Origin: a virus
Virus genome (UHGV): UHGV-2031204
Length of the DNA: 64,000 bases
Strand: one strand, 5' to 3'
Below, in pieces: positions 29,532 through 38,925 of the stretch. The notes under the pieces are model-generated. The model ran no database searches. It saw only the letters and a list, made by a program, of their open reading frames with translations, and was not told the origin of the DNA. The stretch's first letter is position 1, and each line of letters begins with the position of its first letter. The translations under genes were made by a program, and so were the position numbers.

Positions 29532-30104
29532 ATGTCACGTCGTAAAAAGAAACCCGCTTATAATCCACGTGCTCTGGCGAAGAAAACCCTTCGTGATAGC
29601 GTGAAGAACGTGTATAAACTGGTCATTCTGTTCGAAGACCAAATGAAGATTTTGGCTGAGCGTATCGACAAAGAACGCGAGATTCTGGACGCGCTGCAAG
29701 AACCAGAATACAAAGAGTTTGCCATTAACGCGTTAGACGAAGCGAAAGCGGCTTTCGTGGGACTGATGGCAGAGGGGAAAGAAAAGCTGGGTGCTAAATT
29801 GATTGCGATCGATGAAGTGGCAACCAAAACCAAAACGATGTTGGAAAGCACAAATTGGGCCAATGTCAAAGAGCAATACGAGCTGGATACTCTGCTGGTG
29901 ACTAACCTGGAAACCGATGCGATCTTCCTGGGCAAAGATATTCAGGGTGCCGCGATTGAAATCTTGTCATTGTACAATAGTCGCGCGGATTTTGTAAAAC
30001 GTGCAATGCAGCAAGGCAGCACGTTCGCCGAAGCGTACGAACTTCTACAGCAGGCTGAGCAGGCTGTAAAACAACCAGACACCGTCGTTGAAGCAGAGGG
30101 TTAA
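29532..30104 (+). CDS. hypothetical protein (190 aa), basic N-terminus
   Basis: ATG ORF with AAAGGA upstream; N-terminus MSRRKKKP. Confidence 0.55.
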   Translation: MSRRKKKPAYNPRALAKKTLRDSVKNVYKLVILFEDQMKILAERIDKEREILDALQEPEYKEFAINALDEAKAAFVGLMAEGKEKLGAKLIAIDEVATKTKTMLESTNWANVKEQYELDTLLVTNLETDAIFLGKDIQGAAIEILSLYNSRADFVKRAMQQGSTFAEAYELLQQAEQAVKQPDTVVEAEG

Positions 30105-30107
30105 TTA

Positions 30108-32066
30108 ATGTCAGATACTTTAGACCAACGCCCAGGCAATGGGCGTCGTCGGGTTCAGGAAGACACACCTCATGTCGTCGTGCCTGAGGCTGACTTGTCT
30201 ACGATGTCCGCCGACGATGGGATTATGGCAATCAAACGCAGTAATCCCCATTTTTCATTTGCTCAAGCAGAAGAGATGTATCACAACCTCGTAAAAGCGA
30301 AACCTGCTGAAGAACCCGTTTTACCTAAACCGGTTTATGAGGAAGAACCTGCTCCGGTAGTAACGATTGCTGAGCCAGAACCCGTTGTCGTTGAGCCGGT
30401 TATTCAGCAACCTGATCCTGCCCCTGTCGCAGACAAACCTGCGCCGGTGGTAGAGAAGAAAGCCGAAGAACCTTACGTTCCTCAAGCGATCGAAGGTTCA
30501 CAGATTGCCGCTGATCATGAACCTGAAGCATCCCCGGCAGTGAAAGAACAACCAGCTGAGCACCATGTGAATTTTGGTACGCAAGCACCACATGAGGAAA
30601 TCAGCGAATTGCCCGAAGACGATCCAGGTCGAGTTCTGACGGAGTTCAACACACTGATTGGTTTACGTGAAGACCCGAACCTCATTGGTAGCGAACTGAA
30701 GAAATTCTTTTCCAGTGTTCCGCGCGGTAGTGACGGTCGGCTCCTGTTTAAATCGGAAGAACAGCGTGACCTGTACGAGCGTTTGTATCGTGCCCTGAAC
30801 ATGATGCCACCGCGTTTACAAAACCAGCAGCAAGCATTCGATGGTGCATTGTCTCGTGAAGATACCGCCTGGGAACAGCGTGTACAGTTGCCGGGAATGT
30901 CTAAGCCGGTTGGCTTCATTACACCACGTAACAGTCAGCACACCGGTGCTATTGCGGCACTTCGTCGTCGCCGTAAGTCAGGTATCCCTAACTGGGTATG
31001 GTTACCCGCAACGGGTATCTTTGTAGGCTTCCGTGCACCGTTAGAACGCGAAATCTGTGATTTTGATATTCAGCTGACCCTGGAAACTGCAAAAATCGGT
31101 ATGCAGACCTACGGTCTGATGTTATCCGCATCTTCGGGTATCTATTTAAGCCATATGGTTGAATTTGCGTTACGCTTCGTTACTGACTGCACGTTGGATT
31201 GCGAAGGGAACGACATGAAGACCGTGCTGTTGGATACTATCGATCTTGCGGATTATTGGCTGTTGCTGATTGGTGTGATGCAAGCGAAATATCCCGGCGG
31301 TTTGCCGTGGACGTTAATCTGTGGCCATGAGGGATGTGGTTATCAAGAAGATATTCGTCTGAACCTGGCCCGTTGTATCCGTATGGGGACGTCACTTTAC
31401 ACCGATATGCAGCGTAGCCTGTGGGCTCAGCAGCGTGGTAAAGAAGACGTTACGATCAGTCGTTTGGAACAACGTAAGTTTGTTGAAGAACACCTGAAAG
31501 ATCCGTCTGCGACATTCGTAAGCGACGGGATTACCGTTAAATTCGGTCGTTCGACGTTAGGTAAGTTCTTTGATAATACAGAACGTTGGGTGGAAGAGAA
31601 CAACACCGCGTCTACATCTGCGTTGGCTGAGAAAGGCACCGAGCGGGAGCGTGAAGATCACCTTCGTCTCATTACCGAAGCACGTCGCTTAACACGTTAT
31701 GCGTATATGGTGGAATCCATTACGGTAACTGAAGAAGTTATGCAGGACGATGAAATTCGTGAGGTAAGCACCACAGAAACGGATACCGATAAGATTATCC
31801 AGATTCTGGAGGAGCTGTCTTCCGATCGTCACTATGTGTACGAGTTTGAGGCGGCTGCGGCGAACTATAACGAACGTAGTCGTTTGGCGGTGTTCGGATA
31901 TATGGGTCAGAAATGTCCGTCTTGCGGTAAAACCCATGAGGGCGAAAAAGAAGGTACTTACCGTGGTATCGTGACGATCTCACCGGACCGCGTTTTTTTC
32001 GAGCTATCTCGAGTGGTGTCCGAGATTCAGCGGTATCTGAGGGATCAATACGCCGTTATTGGCTAG
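30108..32066 (+). CDS. hypothetical protein with Pro/Val/Glu-rich N-terminal region and C-terminal CxxC motif
   Basis: 652 aa; residues ~65-125 are PAEEPVLPKPVYEEEPAPVV...; near the C-terminus GQKCPSCGKTHEGE. Confidence 0.55.
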   Translation: MSDTLDQRPGNGRRRVQEDTPHVVVPEADLSTMSADDGIMAIKRSNPHFSFAQAEEMYHNLVKAKPAEEPVLPKPVYEEEPAPVVTIAEPEPVVVEPVIQQPDPAPVADKPAPVVEKKAEEPYVPQAIEGSQIAADHEPEASPAVKEQPAEHHVNFGTQAPHEEISELPEDDPGRVLTEFNTLIGLREDPNLIGSELKKFFSSVPRGSDGRLLFKSEEQRDLYERLYRALNMMPPRLQNQQQAFDGALSREDTAWEQRVQLPGMSKPVGFITPRNSQHTGAIAALRRRRKSGIPNWVWLPATGIFVGFRAPLEREICDFDIQLTLETAKIGMQTYGLMLSASSGIYLSHMVEFALRFVTDCTLDCEGNDMKTVLLDTIDLADYWLLLIGVMQAKYPGGLPWTLICGHEGCGYQEDIRLNLARCIRMGTSLYTDMQRSLWAQQRGKEDVTISRLEQRKFVEEHLKDPSATFVSDGITVKFGRSTLGKFFDNTERWVEENNTASTSALAEKGTEREREDHLRLITEARRLTRYAYMVESITVTEEVMQDDEIREVSTTETDTDKIIQILEELSSDRHYVYEFEAAAANYNERSRLAVFGYMGQKCPSCGKTHEGEKEGTYRGIVTISPDRVFFELSRVVSEIQRYLRDQYAVIG

Positions 32067-32182
32067 ACCCGAACGAGATCCCTTCGGATCATGTCATTAA
32101 TACGCTTAAGCTTGATACCACCTCTCTGTTCAAACAACGTAGCACGCGCCCGATAACTTATCAGGAAGCTCACGATGAGCTT

Positions 32183-32488
32183 TTGGGTGCGTACGATTTA
32201 TCGGTCGGTCTAGACACCGGGACGAGACATGTTGGCTTATCAGATTTCGAAAACCCCGAATATGGGAGTCTGTATGAAATCTGGATGGAAGTGTATCTGC
32301 GTGAGCAGATAGGCGAGCATTTCAGAATGACCTTCGACGAGTGGTTAAATCGACCACGGTGGGAGATTATGATGATGCTCCGTGTGCTTAATCGTCGTAA
32401 AGCTGCGATTAAGAAAGTCATGAGTGATGTTACTTCCGGTGACCCAGAGCTACAAGGTTTGGAGAAAGAACTTAAGCTGAAAAATTAA
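32183..32488 (+). CDS. hypothetical small protein, start uncertain (TTG 32183 or ATG near 32285)
   Basis: Frame open from 31940; first canonical start is TTG at 32183; followed by the terminator at 32493..32535. Confidence 0.3.
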   Translation: MGAYDLSVGLDTGTRHVGLSDFENPEYGSLYEIWMEVYLREQIGEHFRMTFDEWLNRPRWEIMMMLRVLNRRKAAIKKVMSDVTSGDPELQGLEKELKLKN

Positions 32489-32492
32489 GTGT

Positions 32493-32535
32493 AAGGGAGT
32501 CGTAAAGACTCCCTTAGCTTTTTTCTTTTTTTTTC
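32493..32535 (+). terminator. rho-independent terminator
   Basis: Stem AAGGGAGTC / GACTCCCTT with loop gtaaa, then a long T-rich run. Confidence 0.65.
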
Positions 32536-32569
32536 GCTTTGGTATGAACCCCCTGTATTGGAAAAGGCT

Positions 32570-33424
32570 ATGATTGACATTTATACCGATTACGCCGCCG
32601 TTCTTACCGTCAATCGTGCGGAAGAACGTGCTGCGCCTTTCCTGGACTTAGTAACGCTGTGCATGGATTACGGTTACGATGTTGCGTTAAGCGATGTGTA
32701 TTGGCAACCGTCGTCTGATCCTGCCGACGAAACAGTAAGACTGGAAGGGATTATTGTAAAATGCGCCGTGGCGTTAGGCAACCGTTTAGGCGTTGCTTTA
32801 AACCCACAAGAAGTTTTCCGTAAACCGAAAGAGACCGTACGTATTCTAGATGGTATTACGTCTAAATTCGAAGAGTTCGAAGACACTGATACGTTATACG
32901 GTCTCGTGATGTCTGGAGAAACGCCAGAGTTTATCCTGGAAAGTATCTGCCGTTACGTATACGGTGATGACAATATCCATTTTGAAGATTTGGTCATTCG
33001 TGTTTCACCCCGTGTAATGACGGTGATGCGCAACTATCTTTCAGCTATGGTTGTGGATGAACAGCTTGCTGTAGGTAACGATGCGCGTCTGACGCGTATT
33101 GCAGAATACTTGCGTCTTTATCCGCAAAACCCTTCTGCGTTCGTATTCCTAAACCTACCTGAAGATCCCGATTTGACGGTTGTCCAACAATCGTTAGTGT
33201 TTGACGTCGAAGATTACAGCGAAACAGAATTACTCGAGATGTATACGGTAGGGCTTTCGATTATCGATAACGATGACTTCGATGACGCGTATGCCGATCT
33301 TTCGACGAACTTAGAGAAACTTAATAATGATGGGTTACAACCCATTACTGTTTTACAACCTGCATTAAAAAGCCTACGGCTGATTTATCAGGTTGAGGAG
33401 GCAGAGCACGATGACGAGGTTTGA
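32570..33424 (+). CDS. hypothetical protein (about 284 aa)
   Basis: Track ORF trimmed to the ATG at 32570 (AAAGG upstream). Confidence 0.55.
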   Translation: MIDIYTDYAAVLTVNRAEERAAPFLDLVTLCMDYGYDVALSDVYWQPSSDPADETVRLEGIIVKCAVALGNRLGVALNPQEVFRKPKETVRILDGITSKFEEFEDTDTLYGLVMSGETPEFILESICRYVYGDDNIHFEDLVIRVSPRVMTVMRNYLSAMVVDEQLAVGNDARLTRIAEYLRLYPQNPSAFVFLNLPEDPDLTVVQQSLVFDVEDYSETELLEMYTVGLSIIDNDDFDDAYADLSTNLEKLNNDGLQPITVLQPALKSLRLIYQVEEAEHDDEV

Positions 33425-34712
33425 GTTCTTAGTAGCGGCATGTAAAGCAGAGGCATGGCGACGTCTGGTCTGGCGCATTGCTATTTTTAACATGTCGGTA
33501 TTTCCAACAGGGCGCGAAGAACCCGAAGCGTTTGATATAACGTATATCGACGGCTTACCGCATTATTACGCTGTAGAAGACGGCAAGGGCAGTTGGGAAC
33601 CGATTACTGACGGCGTAAAGGACCAGGAGCTGTTTGTCCCTGAAGAACAGTTCGAGCTACGCCCTGACGATTATCCCGGTTTAGACGGTCCTATTCCCAC
33701 GACAGTAGGACGATACGTTTTTAACTGGATTGTTATCTGGTATGCATTTGGTACACGCTTACCCTATCTGGCGATTTCACAAAACCCGTTGGAATATCGC
33801 AAAGAGATGCATCGGCGTTGTTTAGACCATGAAACCGATGAGCCAGAAAACGAAGGTGCAATTCGACCGAGTATGATTGAGCGCTTTGTAAGCGGTTTAC
33901 ACGAACTCGCGCCACTTACGTCAGGGATTGCACCAACCGGTACGTTACGAAGTCTCACAGTGCATCCTGATGCGTATAAAATCCGCGATGCGTTACTGTT
34001 GAAGCACAAAGACGAGTTAGACGATCCTGCCGTTATCGTTAAGATTGAAAAAGCGTTGGATGAGTTAGACAAAGAATGGTTGTCGGGTGACCAATCTATT
34101 GAGTTTTATAACTCGCCGAAATCGCGGATGCGTCGACGTAAATTAATGCTGATGTACGGTATCGAATCGTCTTTTCAGGAAGGGGGTCATTACACGCTCA
34201 TTCCGAACGCGTTAGTTGAAGTTGATAAGGCGGGGATGGAAAACCTGGTTGCGAAATTCAACTCTATCCGTGAAGGTTCATTCTCTCGTGGTGCGGAAAC
34301 AGCGAAAGGGGGTGAGCAGGTACGTATTATCCAGATGATTTTCCAGAACCACCGAATCGTCCCTGGTGACTGCGGAACGAAACTAACGTACCCGGTTGTG
34401 ATTACCGAAGATAACGTAAAACGTTACGTTGGGATGAATGCGATGGTTAATGGTAAACTGACACCATTGACTGAGGAATATTTAAAACAACAGTTAGGTA
34501 AGGTGGTGCGGTTACGCCGACCCATCTTATGTCAGTATGGCCACATCGACACCTGCACAGCGTGTTCGTCTGCGAATAAAGGGGAAGAACCTCGCGCAAT
34601 CGCTGCGGATATATCCTCGGCGTTCTCTAACGTTATGTCCGTGGCAATGGCCGCGATGCATGGTAAAGAGACAGTGGTACACGAATTTAATCCATCGATC
34701 CACATTACGTAA
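33411..34712 (+). CDS. hypothetical protein (about 433 aa)
   Basis: Track ORF trimmed to the ATG at 33411 (GGAGG upstream); C-terminal Cys cluster CQYGHIDTCTACSS. Confidence 0.55.
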   Translation: MTRFEFLVAACKAEAWRRLVWRIAIFNMSVFPTGREEPEAFDITYIDGLPHYYAVEDGKGSWEPITDGVKDQELFVPEEQFELRPDDYPGLDGPIPTTVGRYVFNWIVIWYAFGTRLPYLAISQNPLEYRKEMHRRCLDHETDEPENEGAIRPSMIERFVSGLHELAPLTSGIAPTGTLRSLTVHPDAYKIRDALLLKHKDELDDPAVIVKIEKALDELDKEWLSGDQSIEFYNSPKSRMRRRKLMLMYGIESSFQEGGHYTLIPNALVEVDKAGMENLVAKFNSIREGSFSRGAETAKGGEQVRIIQMIFQNHRIVPGDCGTKLTYPVVITEDNVKRYVGMNAMVNGKLTPLTEEYLKQQLGKVVRLRRPILCQYGHIDTCTACSSANKGEEPRAIAADISSAFSNVMSVAMAAMHGKETVVHEFNPSIHIT

Positions 34713-34725
34713 GGATTATTAGCCA

Positions 34726-35235
34726 ATGGCAACTAAAGATATTTCGACACAAGATGAGCGCCCGGCAGCTGTAAGACGCGCTGAGGAAAATGCGGTAAAT
34801 TACAGCCAAGATGACGCGTACCAGGTGCGACTTATTGCTACTCAGCTCGATGAGGCTGGCGGGGCAATTAGCCAAAATAAACCGAAAGATACCCCAGAAG
34901 CTGACGACGCTTTCCGTAAGTTACATCAATCGTTCCGTACGTTGTTTGAACTTCGTGGTCAGGCATTCATTGATGCGTTCAATGTGTTCGTTGAGGCTGC
35001 AATTAAACACAAGCGTGGTATCTTCTACTATCCTAATGTGAACTACCATTTAGATTGGTTTTACGATTCTGCTGAACGTGAAACATATGTCGTGTTTATC
35101 AACATGTTAGTACGCTTCGCAAATTCTCAGGATAAAGCAAACTTTGCTCAGCGTGACAACGTTGGACGTTTGGTACAACGTGTGACCGATCCAGAGCTGC
35201 AACACTTGCTGGCTTACTGCTTCAACGCGGCATAA
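34726..35235 (+). CDS. hypothetical protein (169 aa)
   Basis: ORF followed by the terminator at 35241..35281. Confidence 0.55.
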   Translation: MATKDISTQDERPAAVRRAEENAVNYSQDDAYQVRLIATQLDEAGGAISQNKPKDTPEADDAFRKLHQSFRTLFELRGQAFIDAFNVFVEAAIKHKRGIFYYPNVNYHLDWFYDSAERETYVVFINMLVRFANSQDKANFAQRDNVGRLVQRVTDPELQHLLAYCFNAA

Positions 35236-35240
35236 AAGTA

Positions 35241-35281
35241 TTACCCTACTCCCGAAGGAGTAGGGTAACGTTTATTTTTTT
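35241..35281. terminator. bidirectional terminator hairpin, near-identical to 40599..40642
   Basis: Stem TTACCCTACTCC / GGAGTAGGGTAA with loop cgaa, then a T-run; between convergent genes. Confidence 0.65.
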
Positions 35282-37061
35282 ACCGTGCAGCTTTGATGTA
35301 TTCAAAAGGATCGGTAATCGTTTCTCCTTGTCTACGTAGAAAAGCTTCTAAGACGACATTTTTATCGGGCAATAGGAAGAAATCTGTCGCGATTTCCATT
35401 GCATTGACGCGCCCCGCAGTAAGGTTAATACCGACACGACGCCGTACCTCTTCAGGAACACCGTGAATGCTCAGTAGCTCGATTAACGTTGTTTCACGAG
35501 ACTGGTTCATCATGTTCGTTGCAGATGGGTATGCCTGGGTTAAGTCAGCATCCGCAGTTTGCCCACGGAAAGCCGTGTAGAAATCATCAACTTCTTTGAT
35601 GATGTTTCGTAGCCCATTCTCTGCGTTCATACACGCAGTCAATGTAACAATCCAACCATCCGTCCCAATGACTTCATTGTCGAAATCGTTACGCATCGCG
35701 CTACCCACACAACCGATAACCAGGCCCTGTTCATAGAGGTAATACGTGTATGCAATACAGATTCGCTTCGGCAGAGAAGGGAAAATATCATACATCGAAT
35801 AACCCGCCAAAACTGAAATAGCAGAAGACAGATCGTTCGTCTTTTTATCGAGCAGAACAATCATCAAGTTATCGAAGATGTTATAAACGCAGTATTCTAA
35901 CGGGAAATCTTTCTGCGCCTTTAAGTGCCATTCCAACTTCTCCTCGTAGGGCAGTTCCGGTAAGTCCAACTTGTTTAAACCCAACTCGGTTTCCAGTATC
36001 GCGTTAAGTTTGTAAGAGGGGCGTTGTCCCTCGTGTACACGCAATGAACGGAATAGACACATTGCATCTACACAGTAGAATGACGCCGTACAATAAAGAA
36101 TGTGCCACTGTTGCGAAGGCGCTTTTGTTAATGACTTTGATTCCGTTTTCTTCGATGCTTCGTCTTTCTTAAAGTAGACACGACGGTACTGTTTTGGCAC
36201 GTCAGGATGACAGAAGACGTCTTCCGGTGGAATCCCCGCAGCTTCTAAAGCTTCCAACATACGTGAAATATCGAACTCGTGGTTCCATGCGACGAGTAAG
36301 TCAGGAAGCCGAGGATGGATTTCCTCAAACATCCGTTGAATGCAACAACCTGAATTGAGGCATTCGTAAACGAAGATTTTGTAACCATCGATAACGTTTT
36401 TGTATTTAACGATAGGATTGTCGTTCTCGTCTTTTCCACGAAAAGCGATTTTAGAAAGCAATTCCTGAGCACGTTTGACGAGTCGCGCTTCAAAGTTTTC
36501 ACGCCCACAACGGGTGACGTAGTCTTTCGTAGCAAAGAAATGAATTTCGTCGTCTAAAACAAAACTCATAATCCAGGGGTCTCGAGACTTGTCTTCTTCT
36601 CGAGTTTCCACGTCGTATACACAGATGCGGTTAGGTGAAACAGCATTAGGCCATTTACGTATGTACTTTTCTTTAATCCAGCTAGTAATGGGCAAATCAG
36701 CCCAGTAAACATACGGTGAAGTACAAACCTGACGGAGTGGTTTCTTTTTATCGGGAAAACGAATCCCCAGACCCATCTGTATGGTTGAGGACATCATTAC
36801 GTCCGTTGTTAAATATTCCTGGCACTTACTACGTTCTTCGTATTCTTTCTTTTCCTTGTGATTACGATGTTGTGGTAAAGTAATGTAGATGGGCCGTTTC
36901 AGATTTTCACGCATGACAATTCGTGGGATATATCTGCCATCTTTAGTATGGACGACCTCCTTTATGAGCACGAAGTCGTTTTCTTTCTGCTGATCGGTTG
37001 CGTAAGAAACAAACTTGCACTCCTTGGCAATAACGTCTTCCGGTGCGTAATAGTTATTCAT
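35280..37061 (-). CDS. family-B DNA polymerase, N-terminal part (3'-5' exonuclease domain plus motif A)
   Basis: Minus-strand ORF, start trimmed to the ATG at 37061 (594 aa). Contains VYDVETRE (Exo I, D-x-E), WNHEFD (Exo II), YNIFD (Exo III-like) and DADLTQAYPS (resembles motif A D-x-x-SLYPS). Confidence 0.55.
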   Translation of the reverse strand: MNNYYAPEDVIAKECKFVSYATDQQKENDFVLIKEVVHTKDGRYIPRIVMRENLKRPIYITLPQHRNHKEKKEYEERSKCQEYLTTDVMMSSTIQMGLGIRFPDKKKPLRQVCTSPYVYWADLPITSWIKEKYIRKWPNAVSPNRICVYDVETREEDKSRDPWIMSFVLDDEIHFFATKDYVTRCGRENFEARLVKRAQELLSKIAFRGKDENDNPIVKYKNVIDGYKIFVYECLNSGCCIQRMFEEIHPRLPDLLVAWNHEFDISRMLEALEAAGIPPEDVFCHPDVPKQYRRVYFKKDEASKKTESKSLTKAPSQQWHILYCTASFYCVDAMCLFRSLRVHEGQRPSYKLNAILETELGLNKLDLPELPYEEKLEWHLKAQKDFPLEYCVYNIFDNLMIVLLDKKTNDLSSAISVLAGYSMYDIFPSLPKRICIAYTYYLYEQGLVIGCVGSAMRNDFDNEVIGTDGWIVTLTACMNAENGLRNIIKEVDDFYTAFRGQTADADLTQAYPSATNMMNQSRETTLIELLSIHGVPEEVRRRVGINLTAGRVNAMEIATDFFLLPDKNVVLEAFLRRQGETITDPFEYIKAAR

Positions 37062-37132
37062 GATTTCACTCTCAAATCTAGCGGCTGCTATACTGATTTG
37101 TGGGTAATGTAATTTCTCAAAAGGAAACACAA

Positions 37133-38467
37133 ATGGGATATTGGCAAAATCACATTGCATCAGTTGCGGATGCAAAGGTTGTAGCCGCAGAATCGATTAA
37201 ATTCCAAGACAAAAAGAAGCTGGCAGAATTGGCTGATATTATTGCTAAGTTTCGTGGAGCAGGCGATTTCAGTCCTGCTGGCTACGAAAGTGCCGGGGTT
37301 TCGGATTGGGTATTTAAGAATATCGGCATTACGATTCACTTTAAGAACGGTGGTGAACTGGGTCTTGCTGACGTTGCTTTTGCAGGTGTGGAACCACCGA
37401 AATTGGATGCAAACAGTCCAATCATCGCATCGATGACTCGTGCGCTGTACGCAGGTAACAAAGACCTGGATATGTACAGTAAGTTCATCAAAGAAAACGA
37501 GCTAAACTCAACAATCGATGACAGCAGTGCAAAAATCAGTGGCGATCTGAGCAAAGTGGGTTCTCCGCTTTATCTTACCCCGGTGCTGTTGGAAAAATTA
37601 AATTTGACCGATCTGGAAATCGCCTCGGTGATTCTTCACGAAGTCGGGCACATCTACTATTATTTCCGCACTCTGATGCGCACTGTGGTGACTGATTTGC
37701 TGGCGGATGCTGCGGCTAACCGCATCATGGAAACGGAAGACCAGAATGTCCGCTTGCGTATCGTTAAAGACGTAGAGAAGATGCTGAACACGAAAGTGAA
37801 TCAGCCAGAAACGATTTGTACTGAGTACAAAAAAGAAAACGTCTACATGCACTTGGTCACACAGCTGTTATTAGATCGTCCGTTTATTAGTGGCAGTCAA
37901 GGCTTTGCTAACAGAACGTGGGAACGTGCTGCGGACGATTTTGCTTCCCGTTTCGGAGGCGCTCCTTATCTGGCTTCCGCACTGTATAAAATGGAAACCA
38001 GTTCGTTCTATTTGCTGCGGAACTCAGCGTATATGAACATGGGTGTCCATTTGACAGTAGAACTTTTCCGCGTGACTGCGCTGATAGTCTCTTCTACGAT
38101 TCCAATCATTCCGGTGATCTCCGTGACGTTCGGAATGATCTTAAATGACCCGGATAACACCATTTACGATCCGCCACAGCAGCGTTTTGAGGCAATGCGA
38201 CGTACACTCGTTGAAGAACTCAATACGATTAAAGACAAAAATACGAAAGCTGCTAACGAGCAACGTAAACGTATTTTAGATGGTATTGCGGTTATCGACA
38301 AGTTATTAGAAACCGTAAAAGATAAAGATAACTTGTACCAGTTTATCTGGAATACTTTAACGCCGAAGGGTCGTCGCTCACGTGCTGCAGTTGATTACCA
38401 GCGCGCGATTGGGAAGTATATGTCGAACGATCTTCGTATTGCTTCAGCCATGTTTAATGTCGAATAA
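37133..38467 (+). CDS. HExxH-motif protein (possible zinc metallopeptidase) with hydrophobic segment
   Basis: Track ORF trimmed to the ATG at 37133 (AAGGA upstream); contains VILHEVGHIYY and a likely membrane helix VTALIVSSTIPIIPVISVTFGMIL. Confidence 0.45.
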   Translation: MGYWQNHIASVADAKVVAAESIKFQDKKKLAELADIIAKFRGAGDFSPAGYESAGVSDWVFKNIGITIHFKNGGELGLADVAFAGVEPPKLDANSPIIASMTRALYAGNKDLDMYSKFIKENELNSTIDDSSAKISGDLSKVGSPLYLTPVLLEKLNLTDLEIASVILHEVGHIYYYFRTLMRTVVTDLLADAAANRIMETEDQNVRLRIVKDVEKMLNTKVNQPETICTEYKKENVYMHLVTQLLLDRPFISGSQGFANRTWERAADDFASRFGGAPYLASALYKMETSSFYLLRNSAYMNMGVHLTVELFRVTALIVSSTIPIIPVISVTFGMILNDPDNTIYDPPQQRFEAMRRTLVEELNTIKDKNTKAANEQRKRILDGIAVIDKLLETVKDKDNLYQFIWNTLTPKGRRSRAAVDYQRAIGKYMSNDLRIASAMFNVE

Positions 38468-38481
38468 GTAAAGGTAAAATC

Positions 38482-38925
38482 ATGACGCATAAAGTTTCTT
38501 TAAATTCCCTGGTTCTGGACTTTAAACGTACGAACGAGGGTAAAGGTGTACAGGCACAACGCGCACTGACTGGCCTGGTCGCATTCGCATTGGCTTATAA
38601 TACCGATATGCCCGATAATGGTCCGTTTGGGTCGAATGAAGTGTCGCAGCTAAAGCTTCGCCCGCTGATGAAAAATGTTGTTTCGGACGTAAACGAGCTT
38701 TATTGTGTCGATCTGGGCAGTATTGAAGATTTGACAGTGGCACTGTTTTGTAACCGCTACGATAGCGCTTGGGGTGGTCGTCGCGCTATTGAAAACTTCT
38801 CTGTCCGTGAGATTTTCAATGAAGCCTTGGGCGACGATGTATGGGATACCGTTAATCTGTGGCTGGAACGTTTCATGGAAACGGTGAAATTCTATATGGA
38901 AGAAACGCGAGGCGAGCTGGTATGA
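38482..38925 (+). CDS. hypothetical protein (147 aa)
   Basis: ATG ORF 14 nt after the upstream stop. Confidence 0.5.
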   Translation: MTHKVSLNSLVLDFKRTNEGKGVQAQRALTGLVAFALAYNTDMPDNGPFGSNEVSQLKLRPLMKNVVSDVNELYCVDLGSIEDLTVALFCNRYDSAWGGRRAIENFSVREIFNEALGDDVWDTVNLWLERFMETVKFYMEETRGELV

